Source of the DNA: Gammaproteobacteria bacterium
GTDB lineage: Bacteria > Pseudomonadota > Gammaproteobacteria > SZUA-140
Direction: 5' to 3'
DNA: 64,000 bases
NCBI GenBank assembly: GCA_016218365.1
Contig: JACREF010000013.1
Coordinates: forward strand, 15,244 to 79,243
Shown here piece by piece: positions 24,901-35,797 of the stretch. The notes under the pieces were generated by a model. It had not been told where the DNA came from, did no database searches, and saw nothing but the letters and a program-made list of their open reading frames with translations. The number at the start of each line of letters is the position of its first letter. Position 1 is the first letter of the stretch. Made by a program: the position numbers and the translations under genes.

Positions 24901-25804
24901 GCTGATCCTGTCATCCGCGGCGGGTGGCCCGGCCATCGGCGCCGCCAACAAGGGTCTCGACCCGCGGGATCTGCCGCCGCTGAAGATTCACAGCAAACAG
25001 TTCATCTTTGATGCCAGGAATTTCGGCGAACTGGATCTGGTGGCCAGCAAGCGTCCGTCCGGCGTTCATCTGGACAAGTTGCGGATGGCATCGCCAGCGA
25101 TGACAGTGGATGCCCGTGGTGACTGGCTGTATGTCAACGATGAGCACTTTTCGTCGTTCAGCATCGATTTTTCCAGCGAAAATTTCGGCAAGGCCCTGTC
25201 ATCTCTAGGTTATGCCGGCACCATCAAGGGCGGCGCCAGTGACATCAGCATTGTTGCGCGCTGGCCCGGTACGCCGACAGCCTTCGCACTGGACGGTCTG
25301 GATGGTACCATGCACATGAAGATCGTTGATGGTCATCTGCTGGATATTGAACCGGGTGCCGGGCGCTTGCTCGGTCTGCTCAGCCTGCAGGCGATGCCGC
25401 GCCGGCTGTTCCTGGATTTCCGGGATCTGTTCGAGAAGGGGCTGGCGTTTGACCGGATGAAGGGCAGCTTTACCTTTGCCAATGGTCAGGCAGTGACGTC
25501 TGATATGTATATGGATGCCCCGGCGGCACACATCGATGTCCGCGGCCGGGTCGGTCTGGTGGAGCAGGATTATGATCAGCGGGTGGTGGTGACGCCGCAG
25601 CTTACCACCGGCCTGCCGGTGGCCGGGGCGCTCGCCGGTGGCGTCGGGGTCGGCGCGGCGATCCTGGTCATTCAGGAGCTGCTGCAACCGCAGCTCAAGA
25701 AGGCCGGTCGCCTCGAATATCACATCACCGGGCCGTGGAACAATCCGGTGATCGAGCAGGTGGCTGGCGGTGGCCGGCCGGACAAGGGTAACAACAAGAG
25801 GTAG
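21944..25804 (+). CDS. yhdP: YhdP AsmA-like phospholipid bridge protein
   Basis: 1286 aa; N-terminal TM; YLP...WL motif; PGAGRLLGLLSL.A.PRRL.LDFRD.F..GL.FD and Y.ITGPW..P; follows rng. Confidence 0.92.
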   Translation: MTSGVIRQLINRMSLILALLIIVWAVVYSIGRLLFPQIVRYDDEIINQISMALRQPVRVSSIEAEWSSDSGPHFTFRDIQFLDPVTGSVVIEFSEAGVAIDTLSSLLTMTPRLGEMTLSGIDLALLRRADGSIVLEGFRSASHQPDELQRIMDWLLSQSRLGLQNSRLTWRDEMAPSSPRVFDEVNLDLRNFGRRHQFNGSANLPASFGQRLSFALDIRGDVMAPRGWSGETFIHGEGLQLGPLLAWLPPQGLQVIKGVVDADLWMQWRDASVQRIDGDVSAFGVVLQSTLPGGSEKSLNVDALSGRLAWQLRDQGWEAALDHLALGREGRVWPYSRIDVASHASAAGRDVAFTADYLEIEDLRAFAALLLPEDSPVLANLDQARPRGQLRAVRGTVLSQGETLNLYLHGAFQDLSLEAGKKLPALQGADGRFALRNDSGVLELDSDELTVELPRLFRTPLAISHAGGTVSWAIHDGGIQLALQQVTAENDDLRLVIDGDVDVLPGTHGGAYVDVLGRFDVPEHGLRRLGQYLPAGIMKPSLVRWLEQSVQDGRVPYGALILRGHSADFPFERGTGKFEVRFGVANGVLSYDRSWPQLTALAGELAFTDHTMEIVIDGGHSFDSSIRHATVTIDELRAHPQQLRINGHVEGASADVLRYLADTPLQTRFGHMVADMKAEGRSTLDLDLLLAPGGGAPPRVTGSLGMLGSQLFIADRAVDLRDIRGTVTFGEDGLNGKGLTANVLGGMPARFDVSTIALAERQVTVIEASGRASGDDVRRLTGQSLFKYLSGSTDWQASVHVLGGEPSQIDITVRSDLQNMSSSLPYPLTKSARQQLPLTVSMIFPRTLDKPVYFRLGSLLNGVLDMDARMHLERGEIRSGETPAQLPGEPGLRISGDLDAFSYTGWGPYIDEMRGGGPGAGDGAGISQVDMQFGLFEMFNHPFRNARLRAVRAVGGWQFDIDSLELAGRIRLPLGSTAPITLDLERLILSSAAGGPAIGAANKGLDPRDLPPLKIHSKQFIFDARNFGELDLVASKRPSGVHLDKLRMASPAMTVDARGDWLYVNDEHFSSFSIDFSSENFGKALSSLGYAGTIKGGASDISIVARWPGTPTAFALDGLDGTMHMKIVDGHLLDIEPGAGRLLGLLSLQAMPRRLFLDFRDLFEKGLAFDRMKGSFTFANGQAVTSDMYMDAPAAHIDVRGRVGLVEQDYDQRVVVTPQLTTGLPVAGALAGGVGVGAAILVIQELLQPQLKKAGRLEYHITGPWNNPVIEQVAGGGRPDKGNNKR

Positions 25805-25805
25805 C

Positions 25806-26627
25806 ATGATGAACTGCGTTGCAGTGATCCAGATGGCATCAGGCCCCAATGTCACACCGAACCTGAATGAAGCGGGACGGTTGCTGGACATGGCGGCCGG
25901 ACAGGGCGCCAAGCTGGCGGTATTGCCGGAGAATTTTGCCATCATGGGCATGGGACAGAACGATCTGGTCAAGGCCGGCGAGCATCTGGGGCGGGGGCCG
26001 ATCCAGGACTTTCTGGCGCGGCGCGCCCAGGAGCTCGGGCTGTGGATCGTCGGCGGCACGGTCCCGGTGCTGGCCTCTCCGGGCAAGGTGCATGCCGTGG
26101 CGATGCTGTTCAATCCCAGCGGCAAGGTCGTCGCGCACTATAACAAGATCCATCTGTTCGATGTGCAGATCGAGGAGACCGGCGAGGAGTATACCGAGTC
26201 GCAGACCGTGGAGCCTGGCAACAGCGTGGTGGTCGTCGATACACCGTTTGGCCGGCTGGGGCTGGCGGTGTGTTATGACCTGCGCTTTCCAGAGCTGTTC
26301 CGCTCGATGCTCGATGCCGGGGTGCAGCTGATTGCGGTGCCGTCGGCCTTCACCGCCATCACCGGCAAGGCCCACTGGGAGATCCTGGTGCGTGCCCGGG
26401 CGATCGAAAACCTCAGTTATGTGCTGGCCGCTGGCCAGGGTGGTTATCATTACAATGGCCGTGAGACCTTTGGCGACAGCATGATCGTCGACCCGTGGGG
26501 CAATGTGCTGAACCGCCATGCCAAGGGCAATGGCGTGGTGTGCGCAAACGTCGACATCCAGTACGTCGAGCGGGTCAGGGCCCAGTTCCCGGTGGTCGAG
26601 CATCGCCGCTTGCGCTGTGCCGAGTGA
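25806..26627 (+). CDS. Carbon-nitrogen hydrolase (Nit1-like deaminated glutathione amidase)
   Basis: LPENF, KIHLFDV, VCYDLRFPE, HWE.L.RARAIEN. Confidence 0.92.
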   Translation: MMNCVAVIQMASGPNVTPNLNEAGRLLDMAAGQGAKLAVLPENFAIMGMGQNDLVKAGEHLGRGPIQDFLARRAQELGLWIVGGTVPVLASPGKVHAVAMLFNPSGKVVAHYNKIHLFDVQIEETGEEYTESQTVEPGNSVVVVDTPFGRLGLAVCYDLRFPELFRSMLDAGVQLIAVPSAFTAITGKAHWEILVRARAIENLSYVLAAGQGGYHYNGRETFGDSMIVDPWGNVLNRHAKGNGVVCANVDIQYVERVRAQFPVVEHRRLRCAE

Positions 26628-26642
26628 CGGGGTGTCAACGCG

Positions 26643-27470
26643 ATGTCTGAGATGACAGGTTCATCCGAGACGCTGGTGCAGGTGCGCGGGCTGAAGTTCA
26701 GCTACGGGCGGCGCGTGATCTTTGACGGTGTCGACATGGATTTCCTGCGCGGCAAGGTGACGACGATCATGGGGCCGAGCGGCACCGGCAAGACCACGAT
26801 GCTGCGGATGATCGGCGGACAGCTGCGTCCGGATAGCGGTCAGGTCCATGTCGATGGGCAAAGTGTGCCGGAGCTGTCGCGTCGCCAGTTGTTTGAACTG
26901 CGCAAGAAGATGGGCATGATGTTCCAGACCGGCGCCCTGTTTACCAGCATGTCGGTGTTCGACAACGTCGCCTTCCCGGTGCGTGAGCATACCAATCTGC
27001 CGGAGCAGCTGATCCGGGATCTGGTGCTGATGAAGCTGGAGGCGGTGGGCCTGCGCGGTGCCCACAAGCTGATGCCGGCAGAGCTGTCGGGCGGCATGGC
27101 ACGGCGCGTGGCGCTGGCGCGGGCGATTGCGCTCGATCCGCTGATGATCATGTACGATGAGCCGTTTACCGGGCAGGACCCGATCACCGTCGGTGTCATC
27201 ATGCAGCTGATCCGCAAGATCAACGACACGCTGGGCTTGACCTCGATCATCGTGTCGCATGACGTGGCCGAGGTGTCAGCCATCTCTGACTACATTTATC
27301 TGATCTCCAATGGCAAGGTGATTGGCCATGGCGCGCCGTCGCAGCTGGCGGCCTCAGGCTCCGGCTGGGTCACGCAGTTCATGCACGGTCAGCCCGACGG
27401 CCCGGTGCCGTTCCATTATCCGGCCCCCGATTATGCCACCGACCTGCTCGACGGTGCCGGGCATGAATGA
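26643..27470 (+). CDS. mlaF: Mla ABC transporter ATPase
   Basis: GPSGTGKT, LSGGMARRVALARAIALDP, YDEPFTGQDP, GPVPFHYPA. Confidence 0.95.
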   Translation: MSEMTGSSETLVQVRGLKFSYGRRVIFDGVDMDFLRGKVTTIMGPSGTGKTTMLRMIGGQLRPDSGQVHVDGQSVPELSRRQLFELRKKMGMMFQTGALFTSMSVFDNVAFPVREHTNLPEQLIRDLVLMKLEAVGLRGAHKLMPAELSGGMARRVALARAIALDPLMIMYDEPFTGQDPITVGVIMQLIRKINDTLGLTSIIVSHDVAEVSAISDYIYLISNGKVIGHGAPSQLAASGSGWVTQFMHGQPDGPVPFHYPAPDYATDLLDGAGHE

Positions 27471-27488
27471 CAGGGTGACGGGCTGCAG

Positions 27489-28271
27489 ATGCTGAACTGG
27501 TTGCAGAGACTGGGGCGTGGAGCGCTGGACAATTTCGCCGGTCTGGGGCGGGCCAGCCTGTTCCTCGGGCATACACTGAGCGGTCTGCCGTCCGTGCTGG
27601 CCCATCCACGGCGCGTCATCGCCCAGCTGCATTCCATTGGCGTGCTGTCGCTGGTGATCATCCTGGTGGCCGGGCTGGCGGTGGGCATGGTGCTGGGCCT
27701 GCAGATGTACAACACGCTGGTCGATTTCGGCGCCGAGGCCTCGCTGGGACCGGCGATCGCACTGACGCTGGTGCGTGAACTGGGCCCGGTGGTGGCGGCA
27801 CTGTTGTTCGCCGGGCGCGCCGGTTCGGCGTTGACGGCCGAGATCGGCCTGATGAAGGCCTCCGAGCAGCTGTCGGGGATGGAGATGATGGCGGTCGACC
27901 CGATGCTGCGCATCGTGGCACCACGGTTCATCGCCGGGGTGCTGGCCTTGCCCTTGCTGTCCGCGATCTTCAGCGCCGTCGGGGTGTTGGGCGGTTATTT
28001 TGTCGGGGTGGGTCTGCTGGGGGTCGATGACGGGGCGTTCTGGTCACAGATGCAGTCGCGGGTCGATTTCTATGATGATGTCCTCAACGGGGTCATCAAG
28101 AGCGTGGTGTTCGGCATAATTGTTTCCTGGGTGGCGCTGTTCCAGGGTTATGATACTGTACCCACGACCGAGGGCGTCAGCCGTTCGACGACCCGGACCG
28201 TGGTGTACGCCTCGCTGGCGGTGCTGGGGCTGGATTTCATATTAACGGCATTGATGTTCAGGGATGTTTAA
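27489..28271 (+). CDS. mlaE: Mla ABC transporter permease
   Basis: RELGPVVAALLFAGRAGSALTAEIGLMK; TTRTVV. Confidence 0.96.
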   Translation: MLNWLQRLGRGALDNFAGLGRASLFLGHTLSGLPSVLAHPRRVIAQLHSIGVLSLVIILVAGLAVGMVLGLQMYNTLVDFGAEASLGPAIALTLVRELGPVVAALLFAGRAGSALTAEIGLMKASEQLSGMEMMAVDPMLRIVAPRFIAGVLALPLLSAIFSAVGVLGGYFVGVGLLGVDDGAFWSQMQSRVDFYDDVLNGVIKSVVFGIIVSWVALFQGYDTVPTTEGVSRSTTRTVVYASLAVLGLDFILTALMFRDV

Positions 28272-28746
28272 TATGTTCAAGGTGCGGACCATTGAAATCA
28301 TGGTGGGTGTTTTTGTGGCGATCGGTATCGCTGCATTGTTCATGCTGGCGATGAAGGTCAGCAATCTGAGCAGTTTTGCCCAGCAGGAAGGTTTTCACGT
28401 GACGGCGAGGTTCCAGAATATCGGCGGCCTGAAGGTGCTGTCGCCGGTCAGCATGAGTGGCGTGCGCGTCGGCCGGGTGACGGCTATCCACTACGACCAG
28501 GGCAGTTACGAGGCCGAGGTCGACTTGGTCATCACCGGCAGTTATGACAAGATCCCGGTCGACAGCTCGGCCAGTATCTTCACCTCGGGGCTGCTCGGTG
28601 AGCAATACATCAGTATCGAACCGGGCGGAGAGGAGCGTTATCTGAAGCAGGGCGACCGGATCAAGTTGACACAATCCGCGCTGGTGCTGGAGCAGATGAT
28701 CGGGCAGTTCCTGTTCAGCAAGGCCGCAGGGGACACGACGCAGTGA
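28264..28746 (+). CDS. mlaD: MCE-domain protein MlaD (short, single MCE)
   Basis: F.NIGGLK..SPV..SGV.VGRV, TSGLLGEQYI, TQSALVLE..IGQFL. Confidence 0.95.
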   Translation: MFNMFKVRTIEIMVGVFVAIGIAALFMLAMKVSNLSSFAQQEGFHVTARFQNIGGLKVLSPVSMSGVRVGRVTAIHYDQGSYEAEVDLVITGSYDKIPVDSSASIFTSGLLGEQYISIEPGGEERYLKQGDRIKLTQSALVLEQMIGQFLFSKAAGDTTQ

Positions 28747-30098
28747 CCGGATGGCGTCAGCTGACAGTAACCGTGTTGTTGCTGGGCCCGTCGTCGCTGC
28801 TGACGGCGCAGGATTACACCATGGACCTGCCGCAGTTGATCGCACGTTCACTGAGCCAGGACCCGCGGATCGAGGAGCGCCGCCACAATGTGCAGGCCGC
28901 CCATGCATTGCTTGACGAGGTGGCGGGCCATGGCGGTGTGCACTATGATCTGACGACCTTTTTGGCGCTGACCACCGAGGTCAAGGGTGGGTTTTTTGAG
29001 CCCGGCACCTCGCCGCAGCTTCCGCGCTCCGATAAATATGACTGGAACGGCGTGACGCCCTGGGCCTCGCTGCAGTTCTCGGTCATCAAACCGCTGTATA
29101 CCTTCGGCAAGATTGAACACTATTCCGAGGCGGCGCGCGCCAACATCCAGGTCAAGGAACAGGACGTGCGGCTGCAGAACGGCGAGATCGTCTATGACGT
29201 CAGCCGCGCCTATTACGGCTATCTGGCGGCCCAGGACATCGTCATGTTGTTCGATGATGTGCAGGCGCGGCTCGACAAATCGATCGATGTTGTCACACGC
29301 TGGCTGGACAGCGGCAAGGGCAAGGTGCTGCAATCCGATCTGTATGCCTTGCAGACCGGGCGGGCCATCACCCAGCGTTACCGTGGTGATGCCGAGGCGA
29401 TCCGCAATACTGCGCTGGCCGGTCTGAAGACGCTGGCGGCGCTCGATACCGCCGATACGCTGACGCTGGCCGATACGCATATCGAACCCTTGCCGCTGCC
29501 GGAGACTGCGGCCGAGGTCTGGCAGCAGCAGGCGCTGCAGCGCCGGCCGGAGATGCATCAGCTTGAGGCGGGTCTGCGGGCACGACGCGAGCTGGTGGCT
29601 GCGAGCAAGGCCGATAGCCACCCCAATCTGTTTGCCGGTGTGGTGGGCATGGCCGCGCTGGCGCCGGGCCGCGACCGCCTCGATAACCCGTACATCACCG
29701 ATCCGTTCAATGACTATGGCGCCACGCCACTGCTGGGACTGCAATGGCACTGGGAACAGGGGGTGCAGCCGGCCAAGGTCGCCCAGGCCCGTGCCGAGCT
29801 GGATGCGCTGACCGAGAAATCGCGCTTTGCCCGGCGCGGCATCCCGTTCCAGGTCACTGAACAGTATAATAGCCTGCAGGCCTCCTATCAGGGGGTGCAG
29901 AACATGGCCGAGGCCAGCCGGGCCGGCCGGCGCTGGATGATCAGCACCTATACCAATTTCGAGGCCGGGATCGAGCAGGCCGAGGATGTGCTGACCGCAT
30001 TTCAGGGCTACGTGCTGGCGCACAGTGATTACCTACGCCTCGTCAACGATTACAATATGAATGTGATACGGATGAGGCAGGTAACGGGAGAGTATTGA
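28743..30098 (+). CDS. TolC/OEP-family outer membrane protein within the mla operon
   Basis: 451 aa with signal peptide. Two OEP-like halves: LQFSVIKPLYTFGK, V.RAYYGYL, ALQRRPE, HPNLF, LGLQW.W, and terminal helices with FEAG...DVL.A. GTGA overlap with mlaD and TGATG overlap with mlaC. Confidence 0.85.
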   Translation: MTGWRQLTVTVLLLGPSSLLTAQDYTMDLPQLIARSLSQDPRIEERRHNVQAAHALLDEVAGHGGVHYDLTTFLALTTEVKGGFFEPGTSPQLPRSDKYDWNGVTPWASLQFSVIKPLYTFGKIEHYSEAARANIQVKEQDVRLQNGEIVYDVSRAYYGYLAAQDIVMLFDDVQARLDKSIDVVTRWLDSGKGKVLQSDLYALQTGRAITQRYRGDAEAIRNTALAGLKTLAALDTADTLTLADTHIEPLPLPETAAEVWQQQALQRRPEMHQLEAGLRARRELVAASKADSHPNLFAGVVGMAALAPGRDRLDNPYITDPFNDYGATPLLGLQWHWEQGVQPAKVAQARAELDALTEKSRFARRGIPFQVTEQYNSLQASYQGVQNMAEASRAGRRWMISTYTNFEAGIEQAEDVLTAFQGYVLAHSDYLRLVNDYNMNVIRMRQVTGEY

Positions 30099-30706
30099 TG
30101 CTGGGGCGAATAGTGCTGGCGACATGTCTGGTGGCGGTGACGGGCAGTGGCCGCTGTGCCGGCAGCGATGCGCTGCAGCTGGTGCAGGACACCACGGCGC
30201 GGATGGTCCAGGCGCTGGACAAGAACCGCAAGGCCATTGTGGCCGATGAGAACCGTCTGTATCCGCTGGTTGAAGAGATCATCCTGCCGCATTTTGATTT
30301 TGAGCGCATGTCGCGCAGCGTACTGGGCAGATACTGGCGTGATCTGGCGCCCGAGGATCAGCAGCGATTCGTTGCCGAGTTCCGCACCTTGCTGGTCCGC
30401 ACCTATGCCACCGCGATGCTGGAGTATTCCGGACAGAAGATTGTCTATCTGCCCGTGCGCGCCAAAGCGGAAGACGTCGAGGTGACGATCCAGACCCGAG
30501 TGCAACAGGCCAGCGGTTTCCCGATCCCGATCGACTATTTCCTGTATCAGGACAGTGGGCGCTGGCGGGTCTATAACATGTCAATCGATGATGTCGATCT
30601 GGTGCTGAATTACCGCACCTCGTTTGCCAGGACCATCCGTGAAGACGGCAACGTCAGCGGTCTGATCGCCAAACTGCATGAAAGCAACCAGCAGGCCATG
30701 CAATGA
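30098..30706 (+). CDS. mlaC: Periplasmic phospholipid shuttle MlaC (Ttg2D)
   Basis: ILPHFDFERMSRSVLGRYWR, F..LLVRTY, WRVYN...DV.LV.NYR.SF. Confidence 0.93.
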   Translation: MLGRIVLATCLVAVTGSGRCAGSDALQLVQDTTARMVQALDKNRKAIVADENRLYPLVEEIILPHFDFERMSRSVLGRYWRDLAPEDQQRFVAEFRTLLVRTYATAMLEYSGQKIVYLPVRAKAEDVEVTIQTRVQQASGFPIPIDYFLYQDSGRWRVYNMSIDDVDLVLNYRTSFARTIREDGNVSGLIAKLHESNQQAMQ

Positions 30707-30996
30707 GTGAGGTGGTGCTGGAACAACAGCCGGACGGTTACCGGGTCCGCGGTGAACTGAGTTTTGATACCGTGGCGCAGCTGCTGGGGCGCAGTCCGGT
30801 GCACGGCGCGCAGCTGCGGGTCGATCTGGGCGGGGTCAGTCGCACCGACAGTGCCGGTCTAGCCTTGCTGGTCAGCTGGATGCGCGAGGCGCGCCATGCC
30901 GGCTGTGATATCCGGTTTAGCAACGTGCCGCCACAGCTGCTGGCGATCGCCCGGGTCAGCGGCTTCGACCGGCTGTTGCCGGTGGCGGCGCCATGA
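30703..30996 (+). CDS. mlaB: STAS-domain protein MlaB
   Basis: GEL.FDT, DL.GV.R.DSAGLALL, P.QL..IA..SG. Confidence 0.92.
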   Translation: MSEVVLEQQPDGYRVRGELSFDTVAQLLGRSPVHGAQLRVDLGGVSRTDSAGLALLVSWMREARHAGCDIRFSNVPPQLLAIARVSGFDRLLPVAAP

Positions 30997-31071
30997 TCCC
31001 ATCACCTGCGGGAATCTGGTACCATGCAGCTGCCCGGTGCGCCGGGTCTTACCAGGCGGGCGGTGGACGGA

Positions 31072-31314
31072 ATGCATGCATCAGACATCAAGACCCTGAT
31101 TGAGGCCGGCCTGCCCGGCAGTCAGGCGGTGGTACGCGGTGATGACGGGGTCCATTTCGAGGCCGACATCGTTTGTGACTGTTTTTCCGGCCAGGGGATG
31201 CTGGCCCAGCACCGCATGGTCTATGCCACGCTGGGTCCGCGGATGGGCGGTGAGATCCACGCCCTGTCGTTGCGGACATTTACCCCGGCAGAATGGCAGC
31301 AGCGTGGCCGCTGA
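31072..31314 (+). CDS. ibaG: BolA/IbaG-family protein
   Basis: DGVHF, HRMVY, EIHALSL.T.TP; located before murA. Confidence 0.88.
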   Translation: MHASDIKTLIEAGLPGSQAVVRGDDGVHFEADIVCDCFSGQGMLAQHRMVYATLGPRMGGEIHALSLRTFTPAEWQQRGR

Positions 31315-31360
31315 CCGCGCTTCCCCGGTAACCGGATTCCAGTGACGAGATTGGATTTGA

Positions 31361-32620
<1,260 letters not shown>

Positions 32621-32641
32621 CAGGCTGCTAAATATACGGAC

Positions 32642-33286
32642 ATGAACGTGAGCGATGTATTGACGATTGCCGTGTCGAAGGGGCGCATCTTCAAGGAGGC
32701 GCTGCCGCTGCTGGCCGCCGCCGGCATCGTGCCGGCCGAAGACCCCGAGACCAGTCGCAAGCTGATCCTGCCCACCAATCGTCCTGACGTGCAGTTCGTC
32801 ATCATCCGTGCCACCGATGTGCCGACCTATGTCGAATACGGTGCCGCCGACCTGGGCATCTCCGGCAAGGATGTCTTGATGGAGCACGGCAGCGACAACC
32901 TCTATGAACCGCTGGACCTGAAGATCGGGCGCTGCAAGCTGATGACCGCCGGCCGGCCGGGCCAGCAGACGGTAGCGTCCGGACGGCTGCGGATCGCAAC
33001 CAAATATGTCAATTGCACCCGGCGCTTCTTTGCCTCGCAGGGGCGCCAGGTCGAGGTCATCAAGCTCTACGGCTCGATGGAGCTGGCACCCTTGGTCGGA
33101 CTGGCCGACCAGATTGTCGATGTCGTGGATACCGGCAACACGCTGCGTGCCAACGGGCTGGCGCCGCTGGAGCATATCGCCGACATCAGCTCGCGGCTGA
33201 TCGTCAACCGCGCCTCGATGAAGATGAAGCACCATGTGATCAAGGATTTCATCCGGCAGCTGGCCGACGCGGTGACCCAGCGATGA
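32642..33286 (+). CDS. hisG: ATP phosphoribosyltransferase, short form
   Basis: KGRI, DVPTYVE.G.ADLG, GSMELAP, DTGNTL; 214 aa with no regulatory domain. Confidence 0.96.
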   Translation: MNVSDVLTIAVSKGRIFKEALPLLAAAGIVPAEDPETSRKLILPTNRPDVQFVIIRATDVPTYVEYGAADLGISGKDVLMEHGSDNLYEPLDLKIGRCKLMTAGRPGQQTVASGRLRIATKYVNCTRRFFASQGRQVEVIKLYGSMELAPLVGLADQIVDVVDTGNTLRANGLAPLEHIADISSRLIVNRASMKMKHHVIKDFIRQLADAVTQR

Positions 33287-34599
33287 ACCGCCTGCCCCCG
33301 CTGCAGCGCCTGACCACGGCCGCGCCGGACTTCTGGTCCGCACTCGAAAAACGTCTGAGCTGGGAGGCGGTGGCCAACGATGCGGTGATGACGCGGGTGC
33401 GCGAGATCATCGACGGCGTGCGCGGCCGCGGTGATCAGGCCGTGGTCGAATACACCAACCGTTTTGACCGGCTGAAGATCCAGCAGATGGCCGAACTGGA
33501 GATCTCCGCCGACCGGATGCTGCAGGCCAAGCAGCGCATCGCCCCCGAGCAGCGCGCAGCACTGGAGATGGCGGTTGACCGGCTGCACAGCTATCACCGC
33601 CACCAGAAGGTGGAATCGTGGAGCTACACCGAAGAGGACGGCACGGTGCTGGGGCAGCAGGTCACGCCGCTCGATCGCGTCGGCCTGTATGTGCCCGGCG
33701 GCAAGGCCAGCTACCCGTCATCGGTGCTGATGAACGCGGTGCCGGCCAAGGTCGCCGGGGTGCCGGAGATCATCATGGTGGTGCCGACCCCGGATGGCGT
33801 GATCAATGAAATGGTGCTGGCCGCGGCCGCCATCGCCGGTGTCGACCGCGCCTTTGCCATCGGCGGCGCCCAGGCGGTGGCGGCACTGGCCTATGGCACG
33901 CAGACCGTGCCGCGGGTCGACAAGGTCGTCGGCCCCGGCAATATCTATGTCGCCACCGCCAAGGGCATGGTGTTCGGCCAGGTCGGCATCGACATGATCG
34001 CAGGCCCCTCCGAGATCCTGATCATCTGCGACGGTTTGACCAATCCGGACTGGATCGCGATGGACCTGTTCTCGCAGGCCGAGCACGACGAGGATGCGCA
34101 GGCGGTGCTGATCGCCGCCGATGACGCATATCTTGATCAGGTGCAGGCCAGCATCGACCGCCTGCTGCCGACCATGGAACGCGCCGCGATCATCAGCACA
34201 TCGCTGAGCACGCGCGGCCTGTTCATCCGGGTGACGGACCTTGATCAGGCCGTTGAGGTCGCCAATTACATCGCCCCGGAACATCTCGAACTGTCGGTGG
34301 CCGAGCCGCAGCCGCTGGCGCGCCGCATCCGCCATGCCGGCGCGATCTTCCTCGGTCGTTACACCGCCGAGGCGCTCGGTGATTACTGCGCCGGGCCCAA
34401 TCATGTGCTGCCGACCTCGCGCACCGCGCGTTTCTCGTCGCCGCTCGGCGTCTATGATTTTCAGAAACGCAGCAGCATCATCATGTGTTCCGAAGAGGCC
34501 GCCGGCACCGTGCTCGGCAAGGCCGCGTCGGTGCTGGCACGTGGCGAGGGCCTGACCGCCCATGCGCGTTCGGCCGAATTCCGGTTGCGTCACCGATGA
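33283..34599 (+). CDS. hisD: Histidinol dehydrogenase
   Basis: [40 protein letters not shown]. Confidence 0.97.
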   Translation: MNRLPPLQRLTTAAPDFWSALEKRLSWEAVANDAVMTRVREIIDGVRGRGDQAVVEYTNRFDRLKIQQMAELEISADRMLQAKQRIAPEQRAALEMAVDRLHSYHRHQKVESWSYTEEDGTVLGQQVTPLDRVGLYVPGGKASYPSSVLMNAVPAKVAGVPEIIMVVPTPDGVINEMVLAAAAIAGVDRAFAIGGAQAVAALAYGTQTVPRVDKVVGPGNIYVATAKGMVFGQVGIDMIAGPSEILIICDGLTNPDWIAMDLFSQAEHDEDAQAVLIAADDAYLDQVQASIDRLLPTMERAAIISTSLSTRGLFIRVTDLDQAVEVANYIAPEHLELSVAEPQPLARRIRHAGAIFLGRYTAEALGDYCAGPNHVLPTSRTARFSSPLGVYDFQKRSSIIMCSEEAAGTVLGKAASVLARGEGLTAHARSAEFRLRHR

Positions 34600-35741
34600 G
34601 TACGTCACCGCCCGCCGATCCGCAGACCCTGGCAGCCCGGTGGATCCGTCCCGAGATCCGTCAGCTTGCGGCCTATCATGTGCCGGATGCCCGCGGGCTG
34701 ATCAAGCTCGATGCGATGGAGAACCCCTATCCGCTGCCGCTACAACTGCTTGCGCCGTGGCAGGCCCGGCTGGCGAGCGCTGAACTGAATCGCTATCCGG
34801 ACCCCGCGGCCGCGACGCTGGTCAATACATTAACCCAGGTCTTTGCGGTGCCGGACGGGCAGCGGCTGCTGCTCGGCAACGGTTCGGATGAGCTGATCCA
34901 GCTGATCATGATGAGTGTGCTGGGCCCGGGGCGCAGCGTACTGGCGCCGGAGCCGAGTTTCAGCATGTACCGCATGATCGCCGGCTTCGTCGGCCTGGCG
35001 TATCACGGCGTCGCGCTCAATCCGAAGGGGTTCGAGCTGGATGTCGATGCGATGCTGGCCGCCATCGACCGTCATCAGCCGGCGGTGGTGTTCCTCTCTT
35101 ATCCGAATAACCCGACCGGCAACCTGTTTGACCGTGATGCGGTATTGCAGATCGTGCGCCGTGCGCCGGGGCTGGTCGTGGTTGACGAGGCCTATCATGC
35201 CTTTGCCGGCGGCGCGTCGCTGCTGTCCGATCTGCCGCAGCACAGCAATCTGCTGGTGCTGCGCACGCTGTCGAAGATGGGGCTGGCCGGTCTGCGGCTT
35301 GGCATCCTCGCCGGGGCGCCGCCGTGGCTGGACCAGATCAACAAGATCCGGCTGCCGTACAATATCAATGTGCTGACCCAGCTCAGCGCCGAGTTTGCAT
35401 TGCAGCACTACGCGGTGTTCAGGCAGCAGACCGACCGGATCTGCAGTGACCGCGAGGCGCTGCTGACCGCGCTGCGCGCCTTGCCTGGTCTGCAGGTCTA
35501 CCCGAGCCAGGCCAACTTCATCCTGTTCCGCACGCCGCGTGGCCGCGCCCCGGTGCTGTTTGCCGCGCTGAAGGCGCGCGGTGTGCTGATCAAGTCACTC
35601 GATGGCTCGCATCCCCAGCTGCATGACTGCCTGCGGGTGACGATTGGCACGCCGGACGAAAACCTGACCTTTATCGCCGCGCTGGGCCAGGCGCTCGATG
35701 AGCCACTGGATCAGCCGCTGGATGGGGCCGCGGTGTTGTAA
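34596..35741 (+). CDS. hisC: Histidinol-phosphate aminotransferase
   Basis: LDAMENP, GNGSDE, PNNPTG, VDEAY, RTLSK. Confidence 0.96.
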   Translation: MSTSPPADPQTLAARWIRPEIRQLAAYHVPDARGLIKLDAMENPYPLPLQLLAPWQARLASAELNRYPDPAAATLVNTLTQVFAVPDGQRLLLGNGSDELIQLIMMSVLGPGRSVLAPEPSFSMYRMIAGFVGLAYHGVALNPKGFELDVDAMLAAIDRHQPAVVFLSYPNNPTGNLFDRDAVLQIVRRAPGLVVVDEAYHAFAGGASLLSDLPQHSNLLVLRTLSKMGLAGLRLGILAGAPPWLDQINKIRLPYNINVLTQLSAEFALQHYAVFRQQTDRICSDREALLTALRALPGLQVYPSQANFILFRTPRGRAPVLFAALKARGVLIKSLDGSHPQLHDCLRVTIGTPDENLTFIAALGQALDEPLDQPLDGAAVL

Positions 35742-35797
35742 GCCGGGCCGCGCCTCAAGCACAATAGACCTACAGGATCACCAAGGAGACGACCGGC

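Noticed and set aside
32642-33286. Short HisG without hisZ as a defect
   Set aside because: Short-form HisG with hisZ encoded elsewhere is common.
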